This document shows positions 49,026-60,714 of a stretch of DNA of 64,000 nt, piece by piece. The position numbers and the translations under genes were made by a program. The notes beneath the pieces are model-generated. The model was not told the origin of the DNA. It saw only the letters and a list, made by a program, of their open reading frames with translations, and ran no database searches. Source of the stretch: Macrostomum lignano. Its lineage: Eukaryota. The stretch is taken from contig NIVC01000984.1 in the NCBI GenBank assembly GCA_002269645.1, positions 1-64,000 of the forward strand, read 5' to 3'. Every line of letters starts with the position of its first letter. Position 1 is the stretch's first letter.

Positions 49026-51639
49026 TTTCGGTCAAACCTGACTCCTAAAATTTTGCAAGAAACGAACAAAAAATCGTATAGTAGATTGAATTGGATGCGA
49101 TAAGCGGCTTGGCTTGAGCTTGAATTGCTTATTGAACTGAGCGGCTCTCTATCCCTCTCTGCCCTATACTTGGCCGGAAATTGGGACCAATCTAAATTTC
49201 GATTCGGAAATATCAGATTAAATTGCTAATCCGGCAATATCGTGCAGTGCAGGGGGGTGGGTTGGATAGCAGAAATCAGTCGAATTGAGAGATAGGGGAG
49301 GGATGGGGGAGAGTGGGATTATCGAAAATTTCATCATCCCTCCATGCGACTTAGGTGAGGATTTCAGCCGGTTTCAGCGTGAAAAGGTTCAGACCAACGC
49401 GCTGATTGAGACTGAAGAAAGACTCTGAGAAAAGCAATCTACGGAATTGTTTACGAGGCCAAGGCCTGCTTCCGGTGAAACTGATAGCCTTCTCCTCCGG
49501 TTTAAAGAAGTTTTTCCCGATTTTTGTTATTTAAATTAATTCATTTTCCCCTTTCTAACAGAGAAATTCCCAAGCTTGACCCCGCCTAAAAGCCCGGCAG
49601 CGGAGACAAAGGCCCGGCCTAATTCAACACCGTCGCAATCGCAAGGTGCGAAAAAAGTATTCCAACAATTCTGCAGCAACCGCTTTTGCTTCTTTGAAAA
49701 GAATTTCGAAGTAATGCGACACCTCTTTGCTCGCAACCTGGCCGCAATCCTATAAGCGCCTACGGGCCATTTTATCCTCTTTGTGTCTGTCTGGATGCAG
49801 AAAAATCACCCCACCCACCCCCCATGCACACACAGACATTGGAAGAGAGAAATACAGAGAGGCGAAAGTGGCCCGCAAGGGGTCAGTAGACTGTCAATCA
49901 ATTCCGATTAAATGTCACATTGGAACCGCCCCCCTCCCCCCTATGCATCTATCGCATAAACAACAGGTAGGAAATTAGCATGACTCGCCGAGTCAAAGAA
50001 CCTACTGTATAACCCGAATGCGAACACAAAGAGAGAAGCAAGGCACACATCCAACGCAACAATTTGTTTATAATTGCTTCCAGCAAAAAAGAAGAAGATC
50101 AGAAACAAAATTGTTGAAAGCGAAAGAGATGGCCAAAGCTGATACTGGGGAGAAGGGGCGGTCTTTTTATTTATACAGATTTCTATGCTTGACCATCACC
50201 GCCTTGACCCAACTGGCTCTGCGAGTCACCAGCTTGAAGCTGTGCATTCAAATTAAACTTGCTGATCAAAGTGCTTTATTGTGGCAGGCAGAGAAGTCCA
50301 ATTCAATTTGAATCGGATTCGAACCCGGGACCACCACTCCGTCCCTCAGGGGGAGGGGGCGGAGGATTCAGTAATTATCCTAAGGGTGTGTATGGGGGGT
50401 CTGCTGACCTCTTTGACCTCCCTTGATCGGCATCCAAAATGGCAAACGATATTCCGTTTCTTAAGGGGTCAGCGGACCTCCTCTCGCCCCCACTTCACCA
50501 TTTGAAGAGAGTTAAAAATCGTTAATTAACCGTTTCGGCGTCCACTCTGCAAAAGCAGAGAAGTTTATCGGTCGGTCACCCTGCCGCAATCCCTGAAGCA
50601 ATTTCTAAGCCAACCCCCGTTGCCCACCTGCAGAAAATATTCTTTCACTAGGAGAAGAAGATTTCCCACTCCAATCTGGCCATCTTCAACTTGTTCGCAG
50701 ACATTTTCTCCCCCCCCCCGAGGGCTGTGCCCTCCTCTCCCCGTTGCGTGACAGCCAGCTTCTAGCACACGTGGTCCCCAACTTCTAAATCCCTTTCCGA
50801 GATGACATCCCTTATCGCGTTCCCATTATCTTCTTGTCCGAGAGAAGTTCCCGTGCCGTGCGGGAAACTCTGCGACTGGAGGGGAGGCGGCGGGCCGCCA
50901 ATTTAATGCACAAACTGTGTAAGCGAAAAAAGTGATTTTCTATATCTTAACTGCTAGACTGGTTGACTAAAATCTCGGCCATCCGCGGCCAGCTTCCCAC
51001 TCCGGGGGCATCATCTCTAAGCCAAGCAGATTGTCTCCGCCAAATGAAAATGCGCCGGACCACACAAGTGGCAAGTGCGATCAAGATGATGATTTGGGAT
51101 TTTGCTCCGGGGCGGCCTGAGATCTCTTTGGGGGCATGGGGGATGTTAAAATGCGAGCCCGCCCTCCCCCCAGCCTTTATTGGTTGGTTATGACAATTTG
51201 CGAAGCTGTCAGTCAGACAGGGCTGGGGCCTGTGTGTGTGCCCGGGCGTGTGTTTATACCAAAATTATTCGACAGGAAGGAGGGCGCACAGCTAATGGAA
51301 TCAAGGCGATGGCGCAGCCGATTAAGGAAACAAGGGGACCGCCCAGCGGGGGCCCGACTTTGTGTCCATCGGGCCGGACACCGCAGAAAAAACTACCTGA
51401 TGCTGGTGGCTGACTTGGCCGCTTCCGATTCTGTTCTGATCTGCTGCTTTTTCTTTTCCCTCTTTCTTTTTTTGCAGATCAATTTCCGCCACTCAGCGTC
51501 TGCGCGTTGAGTGCAAGCCTGTCCTGTCAATCTTCTGTTTTATTGAGTGCCTGAAGCTTATTGTCTAATTGCTCAATTGATTTATATATTAGACAGGCCT
51601 CTCTTAGTGAGGATAAGAGAGGGACCTTCTACGAGCGTA

Positions 51640-52095
51640 GCTGTCTGTAGTGTCAGCTTTTGTGTCTGTAGTGTCAGCTTTTGTGCCTGTAGTGTCAGCT
51701 TTTGTGTCTGTAGTGTCAGCTTTTGTGTCTGCAGTGTCAGATCTGGTGTCTGTAGTGACAGCTTTTGTGTCTGTAGTGTCAGCTTTTGTGTCGTAGTGTC
51801 AGCTTAGGTGTCTTTAGTGTCAGCTATGGTGTCTGTAGTGTCAGCTCTGGTGTCTGTAGTGACAGCTTTTGTGTTGCAGTGTCAGCTTGGGTGTCTGTAG
51901 TGTCAGCTTTTGTGTCGTAGTGTCAGCTTGGGTGTCTGTTAGTGTCAGCTTTTGTGTCGTAGTGTCAGCTTGGGTGTCTTTAGTGTCAGCTATGGTGTCT
52001 GTAGTGTCAGCTCTGGTGTCTGTAGTGACAGCTTTTGTGTTGCAGTGTCAGCTTGGGTGTCTGTAGTCTCAGGTTGGGTGTCTGTAGTGTCAATA
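51640..52095. repeat. ~21-bp minisatellite (GTGTCTGTAGTGTCAGCTTTT)
   Basis: Tandem units visible directly. Confidence 0.93.
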
Positions 52096-52339
52096 AATGC
52101 ACTCAGAGATGATGTAAAAGTAGCTTTGAATAAATATATTTAGACATTTTTTACAGTTTAGAAGTTTATTAAAACATTGAAAGTTGATACGCTTTAACAT
52201 TCCAGTTTAGACTTCTAGTGTAGTTTGATCACAATTTTAATGACAATGCTACATTACAGAGAGAGTAAGTTCAACTGATACTCTAGAAGCCAAATCAAGA
52301 TGAGAGAATCTGAAAATAAATGAGAGTTCTTAAAGTGAG

Positions 52340-52640
52340 AGTTCTGAAAGTGTGAGAGTCAGGAACTGTGCATGAGAGTCAGGAACTGTGCATGAGAGTC
52401 AGGAACTGTGCGTGAGAGTCAGGAACTGTGCGTGAGAGTCAGGAACTGTGCGTGAGAGTCAGGAAATGTGCATGAGAGTCAGGAACTATGCGTGAGAGTC
52501 AGGAACTGTGCGTGAGAGTCAGGAACTGTGCGTGAGAGTCAGGAACTGTGCGTGAGAGTCAGGAACTATGCGTGAGAGTCAGGAACTGTGCGTGAGAGTC
52601 AGGAACTGTGCGTGAGAGTCAGGAACTGTGCGTGAGAGTT
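52340..52640. repeat. 20-bp minisatellite (GAGAGTCAGGAACTGTGCGT)
   Basis: Tandem units visible directly. Confidence 0.96.
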
Positions 52641-52655
52641 CCTAGAAACTTTTTG

Positions 52656-54368
52656 TCAGTCGCTGGGAACCTGGCCGCCGTAGCATATGAGGCTGCGGCA
52701 GGCGGGGTCATTGTCCGTGGGGTCCAGCAGCTTGCCGCCGTAGGCAGCCGGTAGCTGGTCGGGCGGCACAGCAGCCAGCAGGGTGGCCCGGCCAGCCTCG
52801 CCCTCCGGCAAGATTCGGACAGTCTGCCGGGTGGCCGGAGAAAGAAGCGGCCCCATCAGACGCCAGATGAGCTGAGTAAGCCGCTGATGCTTGGGATTCA
52901 GCACCAGCGCTGAGCCCAGCAACTCGGGATAATTCGCCTCGAGAACTCTGCTCAGCTCCTTGACGTAGGCCAGCCCGTCCGAGTTCATCTGGCGCCGGCC
53001 AAAGCCGGCCAAGTCGATGACGTAGACAGCCTGGCAGACGGGCAGGCCGGTGCGACGGCGGGCAGCGGGAAAGTCGCGCCGCAACAGTCGCTCCCAGATT
53101 CGGACCCGACTGAGTACCAGCTCGCGGATGCTGTGCCGCCTCATCAGGCCAGACATGTCGAATTGGCCGATCGGGTCGATAAAAACCGGCCGACCCTCGC
53201 GGTCGGAGCCGCAACGGCCGCCGGTGTGGTAGCGGCGAATGAGCTCGGGTACGTGCGAGTCGGCCGAGTCCGGCTGGCTATCTGCAGAAGGGGTTTTTTA
53301 GCGCATGCGCGCGTTTTCTACTATAGGTAGTTTAGGGTAGTTTTTATATTTCTATTCTATGCCTGCAGATAGTTCTGATACTCCTGTAGCTTAGTCCTAT
53401 GTCTGCAGTTGGAGCTAAAACTCCTACATAACCTCTAAATAGTACTACCTAGGAATTGTAGCCACAGGGTTTGTAGCCTAGTAGTTAGAGCGTCGGACTA
53501 ACAATTGAAAGGTCGGGGGTTCGATTTTGGATCCACTTGGAACGATTTGCGTACTTGAGCAAGACACTTAAATCTGCATTGCTTCAGTTCACCCAGCTGT
53601 AAATGTATACCATCATTAGCTGGGATATAATTACAGGTGGTACAGAGCCTTCAGTCTGCAGTTAGAGCACTGTGTACTTTTGTAGCATAGTCTATGTCTG
53701 CAGTTAGAGCACTGTGTACTTTTGTAGCATAGTCCATGTCTGCAGTTAGAGCACTGTGTACTTTTGTAGCATAGTCTATGTCTGCAGTTAGAGCACTGCG
53801 TACTTTTGTAGCATAGTCTATGTCTGCAGTTAGGAGCACTGTGTACTTTTGTAGTATAGTCTATCTCTGCAGTTAGAGAACTTTGTACTTTTTTAGCATA
53901 GTCTATGTCTGCAGATAGAGCACTGTAGCATAAGTTATGTCTGCAGTTAAAGCTACATGACTGCAGACGCAATAAATCACCATCAAACTGGTCTGCAGCT
54001 TCTTCCCCATCATCGAAATACGGAATGGACATTGAGTCGATGCCGTTCTCCCGACGCCAGACCAGGTGTCGGCGCAGCATGTCGACAGCTTTGTCCGCAT
54101 TGTAGTCGCTGGCCCGCAGCCACTTTGCCAAGTAGAACTGGTCAGACAGCAGATGGCGAGTGAAACCAGGAGTTGGCAAATCGCCAAGCAAAGTTGCTAC
54201 GCTGATTTTTAACCGAGTGTAGGCGGCCAGCCGGCCCGGTTTGGCGTTGAGCTCGCCGCACACTCGCCCACTATAGTCGGTGTGACACGGCGGATCGACA
54301 AATTTCGCCGACGCATCGACTGGTTCCGGTGCGGCAGATTCTGAAGCAGGTTTCGTCGATGCCGACAT
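52656..54368 (-). CDS. Sec14/CRAL-TRIO lipid-binding protein (SEC14L2-like, no GOLD domain seen); exons 54368-53981 and 53281-52656
   Basis: CRAL-TRIO N-domain YLAKWLRASDYNADKAVDMLRRHLVWRRENGID; splice GAT G|GTGATT...ctgcag|AT; GSDREGRPVFIDPIG, VYVIDLAG, LEANYPELL, LPAAYGG, CRSLICYGGQVP. Confidence 0.87.
53471..53630 (+). mobile_element. tRNA-derived SINE, family B, with a CORE/Meta-like central domain, antisense in the Sec14 intron
   Basis: Head tagcctagtagttagagcg...ggttcgattt followed by ttgagcaagacacttaaatctgcattgcttcagttcacccagctgtaaatg. Confidence 0.65.
53640..53960. repeat. 42-bp intronic minisatellite
   Basis: Unit ctatgtctgcagttagagcactgtgtacttttgtagcatagt. Confidence 0.93.
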
Positions 54369-54610
54369 GGATGGCGCAGATGTGTGTACTGAAGTACTTC
54401 AGTACTTGCTGGTGTGCTTGTCAGATCTTGCATAGTCCCGAGTTGCAAGCTCAAACACTGTTTTTTACGCGAGAAACTTCAAAATAGGCCCCAAACCTTA
54501 ACTGATAAGAAGCCATATTTTTTAGATTAGAGGCAGGGGGCTGTGTGCACCCTGGCGCACTTTAAGCGACATTGTCACACAACCGATTAGGACTGCCATT
54601 CCACAGACTC

Positions 54611-54855
54611 GTACGCAGTCATACGCACAGGCACACACTCACACAAGAGTGTACAGCGGCCCTAACTTTATTTATCGTTAGTCATGTACACTTTACTGTG
54701 ACTTGGTGGGTTGGCTCTCAAAGCCGTTAATTGCACGAGCAGAGCCAAGCCGAGATTCCAATTTAGACCCAAAATTAATGAGACTGCACTTGGAATCGAG
54801 CCTGGGCCGCTGGCACATCAGAGCGACGCGCTAGACCACTGGGCTACGGCCCCCC
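54611..54855 (-). mobile_element. tRNA-derived SINE, family A, copy 2
   Basis: GGGGCCGTAGCCCAGTGGTCTAGCGCG...GGCTCGATTCC head; homologous to 1558-1786. Confidence 0.8.
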
Positions 54856-55091
54856 TAAGAAACCATATGCGTACATCTGGATGTACGAAGTATCAAATTA
54901 ATTTTAGAACACTTTTTGCTAGTAAGCCACAATCTGTCTCTCGCCTGAGACAGATGCATGCGAGAGCGGACATGCTTACACTGTATAATTCAGATATTCA
55001 ACAAAAAATAAAAAAACTTTTGTTCGAAATTGAGACACAAAAAATAAATCGATAGATGATCTCTTGTGTCTTATAAATCTTAAATATTCAA

Positions 55092-56524
55092 TCAGGTTGA
55101 AGGGGCAGCAGCATTAGCCACAGCATTAACTCCAGCATTAGCCACAAGATTAGCCGCAGCAGAGTCGGAGGTCGTCAGACCGAGCTCAGCCTCGATGAAG
55201 CGATTAATCTCGTTCGAGTCGAGCTCGCCCAGATACGTGCGCCTCCGCGTGTCCCCGCGAATGTACAGCTGAATGTACGGCGTGCCAGGAACGTAGATTC
55301 CGGCTGGACAGGCGTTCGCGCTGACGTCCATGGCGCAGAAGGCCAGCTGGTCGCGGCGTCCGCTGAACGCTTGAGCGCTGTCGCGGAAGGCCTGGCCAGC
55401 CGGTCGACAAGCGGCACACTTTGGGTGGTAGTACTTGACCAGCACACTCCTGCAGTTTGGAATTAGTTAGTCTACAGGGAAGCTTTGGACTCTCAGTCCC
55501 TGCCCGATTACACTGGAAGCACACTCTCAGTCCCTGCCCGATTACACTAGAAGCACACTCTCAGTCCCTGCCCGATTACACTGGAAGCACACTCTCAGTC
55601 CCTGCCCGATTACACTGGAAGCACACTCTCAGTCCCTGCCCGATTTCACTGGTAGCACACTCTCAGTCCCTGCCCGATTACACTGGAAGCACACTCTCAG
55701 TCCCTGCCCGATTACACTGGAAGCACACTCTCAGTCCCTGCCCGATTACACTGGAAGCACACTCTCAGTCCCTGCCCGATTACACTGGAAGCACACTCTC
55801 AGTCCCTGCCCGATTTCACTGGTAGCACACTCTCAGTCCCTGCCCGATTACACTGGAAGCACACTCTCAGTCCCTGCCCGATTACACTGGAAGCACACTC
55901 TCAGTCCCTGCCCGATTACACTGGAAGCACACTCTCAGTCCCTGCCCGATTTCACTGGTAGCACACTCTCAGTCCCTGCCCGATTACACTGGAAGCACAC
56001 TCTCAGTCCCTGCCCGATTACACTGGAAGCACACTCTCAGTCCCTGCCCGATTTCACTGGTAGCACACTCTCAGTCCCTGCCCGATTACACTGGAAGCAC
56101 ACTCTCAGTCCCTGCCCGATTACACTGGAAGCACACTCTCAGTCCCTGCCCGATTACACTGGAAGCACACTCTCAGTCCCTGCCCGATTTCACTGGTAGC
56201 ACACTCTCAGTCCCTGCCCGATTACACTGGAAGCACACTCTCAGTTCCTGCCCGATTACACTGGAAGCACACTCTCAGTCCCTGCCCGATTACACTGGAA
56301 GCACACTCTCAGTTCCTGCCCGATTACACTGGAAGCACACTCTCAGTCCCTGCCCGATTACACTGGAAGCACACTCTCAGTTCCTGCCCGATTACACTGG
56401 AAGCACACTCTCAGTTCCTGCCCGATTACACTGGAAGCACACTCTCAGTCCCTGCCCGAATTACAAACCTGTTTGGCTGACCAATCACAGAGCGAAAGTT
56501 CTTGTTGGTTAACTCTTCGATCAT
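55092..56524 (-). CDS. Single-domain thioredoxin/PDI-like protein (CAAC motif), ~137 aa; exons 56524-56469 and 55449-55092
   Basis: MIEELTNKNFRSVIGQPNR|SVLVKYYHPKCAAC...MDVSAN...GTPYIQLY; splice AAC AG|GTTTGT...ctgcag|G AGT in matching phase. Confidence 0.8.
55490..56460. repeat. 34-bp minisatellite filling the thioredoxin-like intron
   Basis: Unit ctctcagtccctgcccgattacactggaagcaca. Confidence 0.97.
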
Positions 56525-57539
56525 GGCAACTGTTGCACCTGAGCGGTCGAATCCAAATCTCGAATTGATGATACTGGGCCGAATATTCTACGAGTACCGT
56601 AGATCTATATTATTTAATAGAACTTTATTAAATGCCTTCCAAGCTTAGTTCTGAAAATATCTTTTCAAACTGCTTTGTTTATGGTGGAAATTCACGACTA
56701 ACTTTGAATTTGAACATTTAGCTGAAAGCTGAGAGCTTTCTGAGAGAACGCTGAATTTCCAATATCTCCCGTGTTGGAATTCTGAATTCCAAATGAAGCA
56801 AGCATGTGCTTTTTGTCCAAGGTCCATTGTTATGAGACGGGCAATCCAGCAAGGCTTTTTCTCAACTGAAAATCCGGCTGTTTCCAAAGAGTGTCGAGGT
56901 CGCCCAGTGTACACGCTCGACCAAATTTGTCTATGGCAAAAAACCCAATGTAGCAAAATACAACTGTACGTTTGCAGTTCGTAAGTCCAGACGGTGAGGA
57001 AAACATCCTAGTCTAGCCTAGCCGTTTCTAAGAAGTCCTTGGTTGAATACTGCACTGCCGAGTAGGGACTGACGGTGCGCAATATAGAAAAGTGAAACTT
57101 AAAATGGTCCAGTTTTGGCAGTAATTACTGTAAGTAAGTGGAAAGTACATGGTATTGTGTGCGCGAGTAGTAATAAGTAGTTGCTTTGGCGGCAACAGAT
57201 TTTTTTAGAAAGCAAATTAAAAAAAAACAGAAGGTAATAAGAAAAGAGTGCGGGCTAAAACAGAGTGGTTACTATTTGGAAAAAACGATGGCGTGCCTAG
57301 ATCCAGGGTCCGTTGTAGCGCAATGGTCCATCTACAGAAGCTGTGCTGCTTTAATAAATAATAAAATAGCAACCCAGTCTCATAAATAAGAATGCGTTTT
57401 TGGGTATACGGAATTCAATTGCTCAAAACATTGCAATAATTGCTGGGCCGCCGCGCTGACAGGACGGACAGCGCCGACTTGTAAGAAAAATGCAGCAAAC
57501 TCAGTATAAAAAACGGAGCAAGCAAAACAGATTCTGAAG

Positions 57540-60057
57540 CTACTTTGCGTCTCTGGGCATCGAGGGTGGCGCCTCCCAGCAGCACCTGGCAGCGCCGCCT
57601 CCGCCACCTCTAAAGCCTCCGCCGCCCGTCTTGCCGCACTTCAGTGCGCTGCAGTGCCCATCGGTGCTGATAATGATCTGAGGATTCACGGTGACGCTAC
57701 GGCCCAGGCTCATTTCTTTGTCATCTTGGACGCCGCCTTCCTCGCAGCTGCCGCAGCAGTTGGTCTCGGCGGCACAAACGCAGCGAACCAGCGGCCGGAT
57801 CGACTCTGGCAGCCTGTTGTCTTTGACGCAGGTGGCCACCCAGCGCACACTGCGGCGCCACTGCTCCTGCAGGTGCAAAGCATCGCACAGAGCGTCTTCA
57901 AGGCGGGCCAACCCGACGCCGCCAGACTCCTGCGCTAAGCGTTGCAAATGGCGGTGCAAAAAGTGCTGAGAAGCGCAGACTGCGCAGGAGGATTCGCTCG
58001 CTGGGCCGCTCGATCGGTCCAGGTGCTTCGGGCACAGGCGGCCGATTCCGACGCCTTCAGTTGCTTCACCGGCTTCGCCGTAGCCGACGGTGCTGGCAGA
58101 CCCACCAAACTCCGAGGGTGCCACCATTGACACAAACGACGATGGCGCTCCGTTGCTCATCAGAGTATTGGTTGCCCGATTTGAGTTGCTGCCGTCCATC
58201 GCACCAGCCGCTGTCAGGGGAATCGGCGCGGTCAAGCTCCTTGAACCGTTGCATCTGCCGCCGCCGCCGCGGTCCAAGACGTGGCATTTTAACATTGGGA
58301 GGCCGGACGGGGAAGAAGTCCGAGATGAAACGGTTGAACTTGCGGCTTTGCTGTCTGCGGATGCCAGACTGTTGTGCGGTGCGTCTGTCGAAACGGATGA
58401 GCATGAGGACAGAGGTATTGCTATGAGCATGAGGACAGAGGTATTGCTATGAGCATGAGGACAGAGGTATTGCATGAGCATGAGGACAGAGGTATTGCTA
58501 TGAGCATGAGGACAGCGGTATTGCTATGAGCATGAGGACAGAGGTATTGCTATGAGCATGAGGACAGCGGTATTGCTATGAGCATGAGGACAGAGGCATT
58601 GCTATGAGCATGAGGACAGAGGTATTGCTATGAGCATGAGGACAGAGGTATTGCTATGAGCATGAGGACAGAGGTATTGCTATGAGCATGAGGACAGCGG
58701 TATTGCTATGAGCATGAGGACAGAGGTATTGCTATGAGCATGAGGACAGCGGTATTGCTATGAGCATGAGGACAGAGGCATTGCTATGAGCATGAGGACA
58801 GAGGTATTGCTATGAGCATGAGGACAGAGGTATTGCTATGAGCATGAGGACATAGGTATTGCTATGAGCATGAGGACAGTGGCATTGCTATGAGCATGAG
58901 GACAGCGGCATTGCTATGAGCATGAGGACAGCGGCATTGCTATGAGCATGAGGACAGCGGCATTGCTATGAGCATGAGGACAGTGGTATTGCTATGAGCA
59001 TGAGGACAGAGGTATTGCTATGAGCATGAGGACAGAGGTATTGCTATGAGCATGAGGACAGAGGTATTGCTATGAGCATGAGGACAGAGGCATTGCTATG
59101 AGCATGAGGACAGAGGCATTGCTATGATTCAATTATAAATTTCAAAATGACTCACATGTGCCGGCAGGAGTTCCGCTCGTCTCACAGACACTGCCGTTGC
59201 CTCCGGCTGTCGCTGCTGCCCTCGCTGCTCGACGCACAATCGAAGTCAGCCGCCGAGTCACCAGGACTTCGGCAATCGCGCGACAGACAGCTCGCTGAGG
59301 CGCGTCGCTTTTCGAGTTCTCAAAGCTGACGCGACTCCGTGCGCAGGTGGTGCGACCTTCCGACAACGAGAAGCTGACTGTGCCGCCAGTTCCACCGCCT
59401 GTGACGCGCCGCGAAGTGCCTTCGCTGATGTTGACAGCAGCCGATATGTCACAGTCGAAATGGCGCAGAGTATAAGGGATGTCCATAGCCGTGATGGTGT
59501 CAATGTCGCTCTTGCTCTGAAGCCGCGGCTTTTCACTGAGCTGCTGCGGATGGCCCCAAGAATTCGCGCCGCTGCTGTTGAGACACATGCAGGTCGCAAC
59601 TGATGGCCTGGGAGGAATTGCGAAAGAAATTTCAGGTATTTTAAAAACTACTCGTAAACCATTATGAATCAATACCCATTAGTAGCCCTATTAATCCCTG
59701 AAAAATCTGATAAACTACATGTAGCTCGTACCTAGCCTGAAGCGATTGTCGTTGCGGCTGCGACACAGTCAAGAACGGGGGCGCCAACGTTACGGATTCG
59801 ATAGCGTCGCGAACCAGCCAAGGCAGCGGGTCGTGGCGGCTGAGCGCTCCAACCAGCAGTTGGTAGACCTGGCATATCCTGCTCTTCACGGATTGAAAAT
59901 GGCCGGGCGTGTGTCCCATCTCAACAGACAGAGTGTCCATCACGCTGGGAAGATAGTGCAGAGTGGACCCGAATTCTGGCAATGGGGAACGCTGCCTGTT
60001 CTGGCGTCGGTGCTGATTTCGGTTGCCATGGCCATTCGATCTGTGCTGAATAGACAT
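57540..60057 (-). CDS. Uncharacterised three-exon protein, ~540 aa; exons 60057-59732, 59607-59156 and 58384-57540
   Basis: Donors AG|GTACGA and T|GTGAGT with acceptors cccag|G and gacag|AC give a continuous 1623-nt frame; no recognised domain. Confidence 0.7.
58400..59125. repeat. 26-bp minisatellite filling an intron of the orphan gene
   Basis: Unit gagcatgaggacagaggtattgctat. Confidence 0.97.
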
Positions 60058-60714
60058 GCCTACGCATGTGTATAATAAAACATCACTTGCAACTCTTGTC
60101 TATCTTGCTGGGCTATTCTAAAGCTTGGTTTCCTGGCGAAAATTTCTCGTAGTCTATGGCAGCCTTCTAGCTCATGGATGTGAATTCTGTCTTCCGCTTG
60201 CTGCATTTTTCAATACATCGCTTGATTTTGGCTTAATATAGCCTACAATAAGAGTACGAGCTAACTCGCTTTACAATTGGTAAACAAATTAAGGTTAATA
60301 TCAGCATACAGCACAGCGAGTCAGGCAGACACTTGGAGCCGCTTTTGCGCACTATATACTAAAGTTGAGTTTGTTTGTTTGTTTGTTTGCTTGTAACAGA
60401 AAATCTTGCGAACGGAATGACCGATTTTCTCCGTTTTTGCACCATTAGATGGCAAATTGTCCGGAATCGGTACACGTATTTTTAATAAGCTATCCAAATT
60501 AAAGAGGCCTCTCAATTGTCAGAAAACAGGTTTTTGCCCATCTCGCTAATGTATTTTTTCGGCAGTGAGAGCTTGCAAACGGTTTTGGCCATAGATTATA
60601 ATGCTAATAGCTGTAGGCTGCTTGGTTTTTATGTAGCCCACTGCTTCCTTTCCTTCTTTCTTTTCTTTGGTTTTTGAACCCTCTAATAGTGCTTTATCTA
60701 TTTAGGCCCACTGT

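Noticed and set aside
50310-50335. B-box-like CCCGGGTTCGAATCC on the minus strand
   Set aside because: No A-box or tRNA stem structure upstream; too short to call.
54781-54855. tRNA gene call (also 1710-1786 and 53471-53530)
   Set aside because: The cloverleaf and anticodon arm are not canonical and each head continues into a shared SINE body.
55490-56460. Regular ~34-bp repeats as a CRISPR array (also the 12850, 46600 and 58400 arrays)
   Set aside because: Units are contiguous with no unique spacers, the context is eukaryotic and there are no cas genes.
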